Assembly (NCBI GenBank): GCA_964653655.1
Contig: CAZZHG010000005.1
Location: 2,631 to 66,630, forward strand
Source: an uncultured Pseudobdellovibrionaceae bacterium
GTDB lineage: Bacteria > Bdellovibrionota > FAC87 > UBA2466
DNA: 64,000 nt
Direction of reading: 5' to 3'
Shown: positions 54,542 through 63,048 of the stretch, piece by piece
How the letters are laid out: each line of letters starts with the position of its first letter
Numbering within the stretch: the stretch's first letter is position 1
Notes under the pieces: generated by a model
Seen by the model: only the letters and a program-made list of their open reading frames with translations
Database searches by the model: none
Told to the model about the DNA's origin: nothing
Translations under genes and position numbers: made by a program

Positions 54542-56134
54542 TCAACCGTTGGCGCACCGGTACTGCCGGGTTCCGCTACTTTTATCGATGAGGGTCTTCA
54601 AGACCGTGCAGATGGGGTATCCCCTTCGGCTACCCGCGGCGGCGGCGTGGGTCAGCGATTCCGCGGGAACCTCTTTGCCGGTAAAGGCGACGTCGGCCTT
54701 ATCGAAAGCTGTATAAGGAGTTACTCCCGCCTGCGGGATCCAAAGAAAATCCGGATGGGCATTCTCGTGCCATTCCCCTCCGAGCGCCATGTAGCGCCCT
54801 TCGGATTGGTACATCTCGAGATCGAAGGTGAAGGTCATGCGACGGATCTGGTCCGCGGCCGCCCGCGCGTCTCCGCTGGGCCGGGTCTCGACGAGGTAGC
54901 CCACCGTGGCGGCGACTCCGACCACTTTCTTGATTCCCCTATCGTCGTACCGGCCACCGGCTCCTCTTTGCCCTCGGGTGAGTGGCTTTTGAAACCGGTC
55001 CTTCGCCTTGAAACGGGAATCGTAATCCACGGCGACCTTCCGCCAATCGTCGTTGGTACGGGACGGATCCGTGGGGTCGAAGTAAGTCAGGCGATAGGCC
55101 GAGATCGGATGATTCCAAACCTGGTAGTCGAAAGCCACGTCCATGACGAAGGAAGATCCCTGACGGCCCACCAGGTTGCCCAGCGCCAGGAAGAACGTGG
55201 AGGGATTGGTGTCGAAGCATTCGGGTTGCTGAAGACGGCCGTTTGGAAATGTGTCGGTCTGCTTCTCGTCGCAGCGGCCTCCGACGAAATTCGTGGGAAT
55301 TTCCGCAGTGGCCCAGGCGAGCGTCGTCATGGCGCGGATTTCATCCGGAAGCCACCGCACGGTTACCTTGTTTGGTCCGACGACATCCACGGCCCGATCG
55401 GGGCGGGGCGCACCGATGCTGGCCGCTGCCCAGCCATGGCAAAGTCCCATCCAAGTGGGTACGTCGCCGGTTTCGTCCTTGTAACGGGCGCCCGCCAGCT
55501 TCTGATTGCGGGTGAGAGAGAAATCGGTGTCGCCCACGGTCAGATCCCACTTCTCGGCTGGCGACCAAGTTTGCACGAGCTTGGTCAGGTCGGCGAAGGA
55601 AAGCGAAAGCGCCCGGCTCCAGTCGGCCGGCTGTTGGTAGCTGGCAACCGCTTCGTCGTACGAACCGAACCAGGTGTTTTCGAGGTAGCGGAACGAAGTA
55701 GCTCCCCCGCGAAGCGACCAGTAATCGCCGGACCAAAGGCCGAGCTTGGTCTTTCCCTCGACGGGAAGTTGGCTGGGATCCCAGGAAAGTTTCTTTTCGT
55801 CGATCCAGCTGTGGGTCAGTTGGTTCACCCGATCGTAAGCGGCCGGAGCTTCCCAGGTAGCAGGTTGGTTGAGTTTCGGAAAATAGCGTCTGGCCACCCC
55901 TCGGCAAAGGGACTGAATGATTCGGCGGCGGTTTGCCGTGACCGGCACGGGCCTTCCTTCCGCCGTGCTTCGCGGAACGGCCTCGCTCATAAGGGAAACG
56001 TCTCCGTCGGCGAACCGCTTGAGGCGATTGCTCAGCTCCGCCGCTTCCCGCGCGGTTAGAATCACTTCGCTAGCGGGAATCCCGTTTCCGGAAGCGGACA
56101 GACAACATAGAACCCCAAAGATGACCTTTCGCAT
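54542..56134 (-). CDS. Large secreted hypothetical protein (530 aa).
   Basis: Signal peptide MRKVIFGVLCCLSASG. The composition is natural, whereas the antisense 536-aa ORF is Gly/Arg-rich. It contains MGLCHGWAAAS, which could be a Cys-nucleophile context, but this was not assigned. Confidence 0.6.
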   Translation of the reverse strand: MRKVIFGVLCCLSASGNGIPASEVILTAREAAELSNRLKRFADGDVSLMSEAVPRSTAEGRPVPVTANRRRIIQSLCRGVARRYFPKLNQPATWEAPAAYDRVNQLTHSWIDEKKLSWDPSQLPVEGKTKLGLWSGDYWSLRGGATSFRYLENTWFGSYDEAVASYQQPADWSRALSLSFADLTKLVQTWSPAEKWDLTVGDTDFSLTRNQKLAGARYKDETGDVPTWMGLCHGWAAASIGAPRPDRAVDVVGPNKVTVRWLPDEIRAMTTLAWATAEIPTNFVGGRCDEKQTDTFPNGRLQQPECFDTNPSTFFLALGNLVGRQGSSFVMDVAFDYQVWNHPISAYRLTYFDPTDPSRTNDDWRKVAVDYDSRFKAKDRFQKPLTRGQRGAGGRYDDRGIKKVVGVAATVGYLVETRPSGDARAAADQIRRMTFTFDLEMYQSEGRYMALGGEWHENAHPDFLWIPQAGVTPYTAFDKADVAFTGKEVPAESLTHAAAAGSRRGYPICTVLKTLIDKSSGTRQYRCANG

Positions 56135-56258
56135 GCTACCCCCAGCAGATTTGCGAAAGGGCTTTGCACCTTACGTGCCGAAGGCAGGCTCAGCTCGAAA
56201 TTTGCGGACGGGCGGATTTTTCGGGAAATATTGACTCAAACCAGCGGCAAGTTGCCCC

Positions 56259-57029
56259 CTAGAACCGTCCGTGGAACTTCAGATGACGGTAATCCTCGTA
56301 GTTCGCCCGCAGACACATCAGCCCGACCAGAACGAACCAGGCCCCGAGAACCGGACTCTGCCCGAAGATGCTGTACCCCCCGGCCGCCAGAAGCGCGAGA
56401 CCAACGGCATTGCCGGCAAGGTATACCGACTTCAAGATGCCCGGGCTCACGCCGGAATCCCCGGAAAAACAGGTAAGCAGCAGACGCCCGCCATCCAAGG
56501 GAAGCACGGGAAGAAGCTGAAAGACGGCCAACGTCAGATTAAACGCCGCGAGGTGAAAAAGGATTCCCACCAGAGTCACTCGACCGGGGTTGGTGTCCAA
56601 AAGGAACGCCAACCCGAAACACAAGAGCGCGAGAAAGGCGCTGAACCCGATGGCCTCGAGGTAAAGCTTGCAGCGCGACCAACGATTTCCCTCGGGCAGC
56701 TCGATAGGAGCGCCCGCGCCGAACAGATACAAAAACGCTCCCTGCGGTTTTTCCCCGAGCCGGCGGGCGCCAACCAGATGAAACATCTCCCTGGAAATTA
56801 TCGACAGAACGATTCCGATGGTGGTGACGAACGCCATACCCCAGTAGGTGGCCGAGCTTAGGTCCGTATAGAAGAACGGAAAAAGACGCAGCCTCAATGA
56901 CAAAAACAGGAGGCAGAGGAAGAACAGGATGGAGAAGTCCGTCGCGAAAACGGCTCCGCCCCATTCGAAAAGGCGTACCCGTCTTCCGAACTGGCTTTCG
57001 CCCCAGCGACGGGGCATGAGTCGTATCAC
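56259..57029 (-). CDS. Site-2-protease-like (M50 family) membrane protein with a non-canonical metal-binding motif (REMFH in place of HExxH).
   Basis: Polytopic membrane protein. IISREMFHLVGARRLGEKPQGAFLYLFGAGAPI aligns to the M50 HExxH...A..G...FGG region. The C-terminal FQLLPVLPLDGGRLLL matches the conserved M50 LPxxPLDGGR motif. Confidence 0.6.
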   Translation of the reverse strand: MIRLMPRRWGESQFGRRVRLFEWGGAVFATDFSILFFLCLLFLSLRLRLFPFFYTDLSSATYWGMAFVTTIGIVLSIISREMFHLVGARRLGEKPQGAFLYLFGAGAPIELPEGNRWSRCKLYLEAIGFSAFLALLCFGLAFLLDTNPGRVTLVGILFHLAAFNLTLAVFQLLPVLPLDGGRLLLTCFSGDSGVSPGILKSVYLAGNAVGLALLAAGGYSIFGQSPVLGAWFVLVGLMCLRANYEDYRHLKFHGRF

Positions 57030-57056
57030 AAGGCCTCCCTCGTCGTCCCGCGCGGC

Positions 57057-57602
57057 TCAGGCCAGCGGAACATGCTTCGGAAACAGCTCCTTCAGGCGCT
57101 TCTCGATGTCTCTTTCGTCGAGCCAGGAATAGTCCTTCTCCTTCTTGTCGACGAGCACACGCAACGCGCTGGAGCTGAGTTTGCCCTCCAGCCGACCCAT
57201 GAAACGGGGCTCGGCGACAAGCATGAGCTCATTGAACTTATTCTCCTTGCGGGCGGTCTCCAGCCATTCGGCGATGATTTCGCTGAAGGCCAGCGTCGCG
57301 TGCTCCGAAGGAGTCTCGCGCGAGGTCATCGCGTGGCGGGGCGCACCCGTCAAATGTCCCCCGGATGCCTTGGTATAACTATCGAACGCGCGGCCAGGTC
57401 GGTCCGAGACGAGATCCCGCTCTTTGCCCCTTCCTTCGGGGAAGGGAATTTCGTGAATCTTGGTGAACTCGTCCCCGTCCTTCTGAAAAAACTGGGCTCC
57501 CGCGCGGTGGGCGACGACCACCCAAGCGGTATGACGAGGAGTTACCTTCATGCCGAGGGTGCTGGAAATATCGACTCCGTTGTGTGTCTTCTTTTTTCTC
57601 AT
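57057..57602 (-). CDS. Host-attachment protein family (Hap / baeRF-like) protein.
   Basis: WVVVAHRAGAQFFQKDG...LVSDRPGRAFDS...GHLTGAPRHAM...FSEIIAEWL matches the 'protein required for attachment to host cells' family pattern (WvlvAdgsrARif...sDrpGr.fds.g..rHame...fa..ia.wL). Confidence 0.6.
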   Translation of the reverse strand: MRKKKTHNGVDISSTLGMKVTPRHTAWVVVAHRAGAQFFQKDGDEFTKIHEIPFPEGRGKERDLVSDRPGRAFDSYTKASGGHLTGAPRHAMTSRETPSEHATLAFSEIIAEWLETARKENKFNELMLVAEPRFMGRLEGKLSSSALRVLVDKKEKDYSWLDERDIEKRLKELFPKHVPLA

Positions 57603-57629
57603 GGACTCCGCTCTCCAAACTCGTTGTGA

Positions 57630-58025
57630 CTATTCCCGAAATAGACGGGCCAGCGCCCGGCACGCGTCGACGGTGGTAAAAATTCCGATGGCGTTCTCCG
57701 CTTTGTCCTCGATGATGGCGCAGCCATACTTTTCGTCCGCCATTTGAGAGACGACTTCCCGTAGCGGAGTATCCCGCCCGACCGCGTAGGGCGAGGGCAT
57801 CATGACGTCCTCGACGAGAAACCGGTCGCCGCCCTTGGTGAGCATGGCTTCCGTGATATCCCGGTCACTGATGACTCCGACGATCTTTCCCCGGTCCAGT
57901 ACCGGAAGGTGACGGATCTTAGAATCCCGCATCATTTCCTTCGCCGTACCGACGGGGATGTCGTGTCCCACCGTGAGCGGGGTCCAAGTCATGAAATCTC
58001 GAATCGCGTGAATCTTACTCTTCAT
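57630..58025 (-). CDS. CBS-domain pair protein.
   Basis: Internal Met with a GAGGTGA RBS. Two CBS motifs are present (IRDFMTWTPLTVGHDIPVGTAKEMMRDSKIRHLPV and FLVEDVMMPSPYAVGRDTPLREVVSQMADEKYGCAII). Confidence 0.7.
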   Translation of the reverse strand: MKSKIHAIRDFMTWTPLTVGHDIPVGTAKEMMRDSKIRHLPVLDRGKIVGVISDRDITEAMLTKGGDRFLVEDVMMPSPYAVGRDTPLREVVSQMADEKYGCAIIEDKAENAIGIFTTVDACRALARLFRE

Positions 58026-58138
58026 CGAATCACCTCGTGGTTGCTTGTGGATCGATGATTGCAATTGGCGTACCCATGTAAGCCGCCCTTCCGCCGGGCG
58101 CAAAGAGGCACTCCGGCGGCGCGAGGAGTCGGAAAGCG

Positions 58139-59419
58139 TTGGACAAGATCGCCCCTGATGGGCCACTTTGTCACATAACCATGAGCCCCTATTTCATCTT
58201 CGAAAAGCTGGGTATCTCGTTGCTACTGGGGCTGCTCGTCGGCCTTCAACGCGAGAAGGCGCAGTCGAGCTTGGGGGGCTTCAGGACCTTTCCGCTCGCC
58301 ACCATTTTCGGAACCCTTTGCGGCCTCATCGCTCAAACTTACGGAGGGAATTTTCTGGCGGCCGCGCTCATCGGTCTCATCGTCCTCATCCTGATGGGAA
58401 ACCTTTCCTTGCTACGCTCGGAAGAGCGGTCGGGTGGCATCACCACCGAAATTTCGCTGCTGATCATGTTCGCGGTGGGCGTCTATCTCGTCGCGGGCTC
58501 GAAGCTCGTCGCGGTGGTGATCGGAGGAGGCGTCGCGGTCCTGCTGCAGTACAAGCCCGAGCTTCACGGGTTCGCTTCCCGTCTCGGAGACGCGGATCTG
58601 AAGGCGATCATGCGATTCGTTCTGCTCTCCTTCATCATCCTTCCGATTCTTCCCAACGAAGCTTTCGGACCCTTCGAAGTTTTGAACCCGCACGAGATAT
58701 GGCTGATGGTCGTATTTATCGTCGGGCTCAACTTGATCGGCTACATAGTCTCCAAGTTCGTGGGCCCCTCCGCGGGCACTTTCACGTCGGGAATACTGGG
58801 GGGATTGATCTCTAGCACCGCCACTACGCTGAGCTTCACCCAAAGCGCGCGCAGGGGAGAAACGAGCCTTTCCCGGGCAACCACCGTTATTTTGATCGCT
58901 TCTACTTTCGTGTACTTGCGGGTGCTCCTTGAAACCGCCGCGGTCTCCAACACTCTCTTCAACGCCTTGCTCGCTCCCCTCTCGGCTTGGTTCGCCTTTT
59001 CTTTGCTTCTGGCCCTGGGCTCCCATTTTCTCTCGAAGGAGAAACAAACTTCCAGCAACGAGCCGCAGAAGCCGGGTGGCGTCCGTTCCGCTCTGATATT
59101 CGGGGTCACCTACGTCGCCGTCGTCGTCGTCACGGCGGCCGCGAAGAAGTACCTGGGGCCGGGCTCGCTCTACTGGGTGGCCGCCATTTCGGGCGTGACG
59201 GACGTGGACGCCATCACTTTGTCGACGGCAAGGCTCGTTACGCTGCATCAGCTGGCGCCTGAACAAGGGCGGGAAATGATTCTTTTGGGAACGCTCACCA
59301 ATCTTGCCTTCAAAACCGGAATCGTCGCTTTCAGCGGTAATGCCAAGCTGGCGCTCAAAGTTGGCGGGCTCTTGAGCCTGTGCATCGCCTTCGGCGTGCT
59401 CTTGTTCTGGCTCTTTTGA
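58139..59419 (+). CDS. MgtC/SapB-family membrane protein with a C-terminal DUF4010-type domain.
   Basis: N-terminal LLLGLLVGLQREK (MgtC signature LxxGLERE) with about ten TM helices over 426 aa. The start codon is uncertain; MSPYFIF at about 58181 is an alternative. Confidence 0.6.
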   Translation: MDKIAPDGPLCHITMSPYFIFEKLGISLLLGLLVGLQREKAQSSLGGFRTFPLATIFGTLCGLIAQTYGGNFLAAALIGLIVLILMGNLSLLRSEERSGGITTEISLLIMFAVGVYLVAGSKLVAVVIGGGVAVLLQYKPELHGFASRLGDADLKAIMRFVLLSFIILPILPNEAFGPFEVLNPHEIWLMVVFIVGLNLIGYIVSKFVGPSAGTFTSGILGGLISSTATTLSFTQSARRGETSLSRATTVILIASTFVYLRVLLETAAVSNTLFNALLAPLSAWFAFSLLLALGSHFLSKEKQTSSNEPQKPGGVRSALIFGVTYVAVVVVTAAAKKYLGPGSLYWVAAISGVTDVDAITLSTARLVTLHQLAPEQGREMILLGTLTNLAFKTGIVAFSGNAKLALKVGGLLSLCIAFGVLLFWLF

Positions 59420-59464
59420 GATCGTCAGTCGTCCTGAGATTCTCCGTCGTGTTAGGCTTGCCTC

Positions 59465-60736
59465 ATGCGTTTGCATTCCACCGTCGAATCGGCACTAGCC
59501 GCGCTCAAGCCGGGCTGGCGCGCGTTCGTTCACGGAGGCGCCGCGACACCGAAGGTCCTTCTGGAAGGGCTTGCCTCCATGGCTGACTCGTTGAAGGACT
59601 TGGAGCTTATCCACCTCCATACCGAAGGACCGCCGGTTCATGCGGCGCACTTTCGCGTGGCGAACCTTTTCGTCGGCGCGACGATGCGTCCCGTGCTGGA
59701 TTACGACCGGGTCGATTACCTACCAGTCTTTCTCTCCGAGATACCGGCGCTATTTCGCTCCGGGCGCCGGCCGCTCGATGCGGCTCTCATTCAGGTTTCT
59801 CCCCCTGATTCCCACGGCTACTGCAGCCTTGGCGTCAGCGTCGACATCGCCAGAGCCGCGGTCGAGTGTGCAAGCGTCGTCATCGCCCAGATCAACCCCC
59901 AGATGCCTCGGGCCTTGGGGGACGGCCTTTTGCACGTGAACCACATTCAACATGCCGTGGAGATCGAATCCCCGCTCTACGAGCGCACTCCCCAGCCTCT
60001 TTCCGATGAGGAGAGAAGACTCGGCGCGAACGTGGCCGCGCTCATCGAGGACGGCTCGACGTTGCAGATGGGAATCGGTTCCCTACCCGACGCCGTCCTG
60101 GGAGCCCTGACGAATCACAAGCGGCTTGGAATTCATACGGAGATGTGGTCCGACGGGGCACTGGCGCTCATCGAGTCCGGTGTCGTCGATAACTCGAACA
60201 AACAGGTACACCCGGGTAAGACGGTATCCACCTTCATCATGGGGTCTCGCCGGGTCTATGACTTCATTCATGACAACCCCGCGTTTCTTCAGCTGACCAG
60301 CGACTATGTGAACTCTCCGGCCGTCATCGCCCGCAACCCGAAGGTGGTGGCCATCAACAGCGCCGTTCAGATCGATCTGACGGGCCAGGTTTGCGCGGAC
60401 TCGGTGGGCTCCCGGATCATTTCGGGCGTGGGGGGCCAGATGGACTTCATGCGGGGAGCGGCGCTTTCGGAAGGCGGCAAGCCCATCATCGCGGTACTCT
60501 CCCGCACTCGATCGGGCCAATCCAGACTGGTAAGTCAGCTTCTACCCGCCTCGGGAGTGGTGACGACCCGGGCTCACGTGCATTACGTGGCGACGGAGTG
60601 GGGAGTGGCGGACCTTTATGGACGTACTTTGAGTGAACGTTGTAAGGCGTTGATCGCTATCGCCCATCCGCTGGATCGGGAGCGCCTGGAGCGGGAGTGG
60701 CACTCGATCTACCGAAAGGCTCCGGGCCTTAAGTAG
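59465..60736 (+). CDS. Acetyl-CoA hydrolase/transferase family protein (4-hydroxybutyrate/succinyl-CoA:acetate CoA-transferase-like).
   Basis: 423 aa. LQMGIGSLPDAVLGAL and AINSAVQIDLTGQV...SGVGGQMDFMRGA are characteristic of the AcetylCoA_hydro/transf family. Confidence 0.7.
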   Translation: MRLHSTVESALAALKPGWRAFVHGGAATPKVLLEGLASMADSLKDLELIHLHTEGPPVHAAHFRVANLFVGATMRPVLDYDRVDYLPVFLSEIPALFRSGRRPLDAALIQVSPPDSHGYCSLGVSVDIARAAVECASVVIAQINPQMPRALGDGLLHVNHIQHAVEIESPLYERTPQPLSDEERRLGANVAALIEDGSTLQMGIGSLPDAVLGALTNHKRLGIHTEMWSDGALALIESGVVDNSNKQVHPGKTVSTFIMGSRRVYDFIHDNPAFLQLTSDYVNSPAVIARNPKVVAINSAVQIDLTGQVCADSVGSRIISGVGGQMDFMRGAALSEGGKPIIAVLSRTRSGQSRLVSQLLPASGVVTTRAHVHYVATEWGVADLYGRTLSERCKALIAIAHPLDRERLEREWHSIYRKAPGLK

Positions 60737-60774
60737 CGACCATCCAGCGGACGTCTTATTGCTAGGTAATCCGC

Positions 60775-60806
60775 GGAAAGCGGCTAATGTGGGTAAGCCG
60801 CTTTCC
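60775..60806 (+). promoter_or_regulatory. Stable hairpin overlapping the translation-initiation region of the downstream gene (or a T-less terminator of the upstream gene).
   Basis: GGAAAGCGGCT-AATGTGGGTA-AGCCGCTTTCC is a perfect 11-bp stem. The listed ATG at 60787 sits in the loop, and the alternative ATG at 60808 follows directly. Confidence 0.4.
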
Positions 60807-61839
60807 TATGAAACCACCAATTCTTGCCTTCGTCTGCTTGGCGATCTCCGCCGTCTGCTGGGGTTTCGATTGCCGACAGAGCTGGAAGGGTGTGTCCGGC
60901 CCGGCGGTGGCGGCTCCCCTCGACTCTTATCTCACCCGGCACCGCGAAAGTAAGACGCGCGTCACGGGGGAAAAGCTGAACTTCATCGGAGTGGAGGGCC
61001 GAGACGTCTACAACCCCACCGCCCCTTTCAAAACGAGCCACGAGGGCAAGGAAGTGGAAGTGATCGCCGCGCGGGTGGAATCTAGAGACAGCGAGAGCGC
61101 CGAGACGGTTTTCTTCCAGAAGTCAGATGGGCAGTGGAAGCCTCTCTCAGGAGCGCCGGTTTTCAAAACGCAGGATCCTTTCGTCACCCGTATCGGAGCG
61201 GATTTGGTCGTGGGCGGAGTGGAGACCTTTCCCAAACCGGGCGGAGGCCTAGGCTACCGCACGGTGTTTCGCCGCGGGAAGGATATATCCTCCCTCGAAG
61301 TTTTTGCGACGGGACCTGAAGGAATGAAAGACATCCGCCTCCTTCCTTTGCCCGGCGGAAAAATCCTCGTCCTGACGAGACCCCAGGGCGCGACCGGAGG
61401 CCGGGGCAAGGTGGCGATGACCGTCATCGAAAACCTGAAAGGTCTGACCCCGGATGCGATCGGGAAAGCCACCATTTACGAAGATCTCTTCGTCGCCGAG
61501 GAATGGGGCGGAGGAAATGAGCTGCACCTTCTCAAGAACGGAATGGTCGGGGTACTCGGCCACGTGGCGAAATTCGACGCCGAAGGGAACCGGCACTACT
61601 ACCCGATGACCTTCGCGCTGAATCCGGAAACGGGACACCGTTCGTCCATGAAGATTCTTCTCGAGCGCTCGGAACTTCCGGCGGGCGCTTCCAAGCGCAA
61701 AGACCTGCAGGATGTATTGTTCAGTGGTGGCCTTGTCAGGCGAGCGGATGGTACCGCCGAGTTATATGTGGGCGCGGGAGACGCGGAAGTTTATCGGGTG
61801 AATATCGCCGACCCCTTCCAAGAGTTCGAAACCCCTTAG
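60787..61839 (+). CDS. Secreted hypothetical protein (possible beta-propeller).
   Basis: A signal peptide is present from either start (MWVSRFPMKPPILAFVCLAISAVCWG). 60808 is the alternative start. The composition is natural. Confidence 0.5.
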   Translation: MWVSRFPMKPPILAFVCLAISAVCWGFDCRQSWKGVSGPAVAAPLDSYLTRHRESKTRVTGEKLNFIGVEGRDVYNPTAPFKTSHEGKEVEVIAARVESRDSESAETVFFQKSDGQWKPLSGAPVFKTQDPFVTRIGADLVVGGVETFPKPGGGLGYRTVFRRGKDISSLEVFATGPEGMKDIRLLPLPGGKILVLTRPQGATGGRGKVAMTVIENLKGLTPDAIGKATIYEDLFVAEEWGGGNELHLLKNGMVGVLGHVAKFDAEGNRHYYPMTFALNPETGHRSSMKILLERSELPAGASKRKDLQDVLFSGGLVRRADGTAELYVGAGDAEVYRVNIADPFQEFETP

Positions 61840-62816
61840 CGTACGAGAGCGGCCGCGCGTTGCTTGATGTCCGAGCGCTGCTCGTCCGTAAGCACGTCCT
61901 TGAGCGCCTGCCTGTCGAGGTAATCGTTCAGAGCCACCACTTTGGAAGCCTCGAGAGTGACGCTGGGTTTCGGCAGCGAAGAGCGCGCCGAAGCGCTGAA
62001 GGTACCGCCGTTACGAGTCGTGCCGGAGAGGTAGATGAGCGCCTGGTCGCGTTCCTCGTTGGTCAGGTTCGACTTATCGAAGAGAAATCCGTCGATCATG
62101 AAAATAGCGGCAGCCTGCTTCGCCTTTTCTTCGGAAATCTCGTTGGGATCCTTCTTCTTCCCGTCGTCCTCATCGTTCCAGGAAGCAGCGGCCACGAGCT
62201 TACTGGACTGCATCAGCAGAACTTCGAGGACTCCGACGAAAGAAAGTCCAAGAAACGCCTGACCCGGACCGGATTTGGCGAAAGCTTTCGTTTTCTTGTA
62301 CCGGTCCGGAATCATCTTGGGTACGCCGACCATGAAGGGATGCAGGAACTGCAGCGGAAGCCAGTAGGCGATTCCGACTCCCGCGGCGAGCGAAATGGCG
62401 CCCGAAAGCGGGCCATGAGTCACGGTGGCGGTAAGAGTGCCGCCGAGAATCGCCCCCAAAGCCACGTTATCGGCGAGGCCCTTGGAAACTCCGTGGTAGA
62501 GCCATCGCTTTCCCGTGGAAGTGGCGGCGATGTTCGCAATTTCGTTCGTAAGTGGAAGCAGGTAACGGATGCCGCCGGGAAGGAACGCGGATCCCCCGAG
62601 AGCGGTCACAAAAATGTCGTGGGCGGCTCCGAGGGCGAATCCGGCGGGTTTCGCCGCAAACTTAAGCGTGTATTGCGCCTTCTCTTTGGCGTTTCTCGCA
62701 AGGCGAGCGTACTTTGACCAACAGTTCGCGGGCGCCGCCGACGAAGCGGTGAACGCCACTAAAGTAAGAACCACGGCAAAACGATGTAAAACGACCCTAC
62801 CCATCCCGCGGGACAC
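61836..62816 (-). CDS. Hypothetical secreted/membrane protein with Gly/Ala-rich hydrophobic segments.
   Basis: Signal-like VVLHRFAVVLTLVAFTASSAA. The composition is natural, whereas the opposite-strand ORF 61860..62717 is Arg/Gly-rich. Confidence 0.5.
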   Translation of the reverse strand: MSRGMGRVVLHRFAVVLTLVAFTASSAAPANCWSKYARLARNAKEKAQYTLKFAAKPAGFALGAAHDIFVTALGGSAFLPGGIRYLLPLTNEIANIAATSTGKRWLYHGVSKGLADNVALGAILGGTLTATVTHGPLSGAISLAAGVGIAYWLPLQFLHPFMVGVPKMIPDRYKKTKAFAKSGPGQAFLGLSFVGVLEVLLMQSSKLVAAASWNDEDDGKKKDPNEISEEKAKQAAAIFMIDGFLFDKSNLTNEERDQALIYLSGTTRNGGTFSASARSSLPKPSVTLEASKVVALNDYLDRQALKDVLTDEQRSDIKQRAAALVR

Positions 62817-63048
62817 TTGTGCAAGGCCGCTGCCGGATTTGGTTAGGTTTTTCGTGCGTAACGGGTTCCCGCCGGGTCCCCCGAAGTGACAAAAACCGTC
62901 AATTCAACTGGTTACGAAGTAGACAGTCTGTATTCACCGAACCCGTAACGACGCCTTAACATGCGTTAAACCAACTCCTATCGATATCCTCTTTCGCCAA
63001 GAGTCGCGGGTACACTTTAAGCTCAGCGAAAAAATTTTCGGGGGCTCC

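Noticed and set aside
54449-56059. 536-aa plus-strand ORF.
   Set aside because: Gly/Arg-rich product antisense to the natural-composition secreted protein 54542..56134.
61860-62717. 285-aa plus-strand ORF.
   Set aside because: Arg/Gly/Ser-rich. The opposite-strand ORF 61836..62816 has ordinary composition and a signal-like N-terminus.
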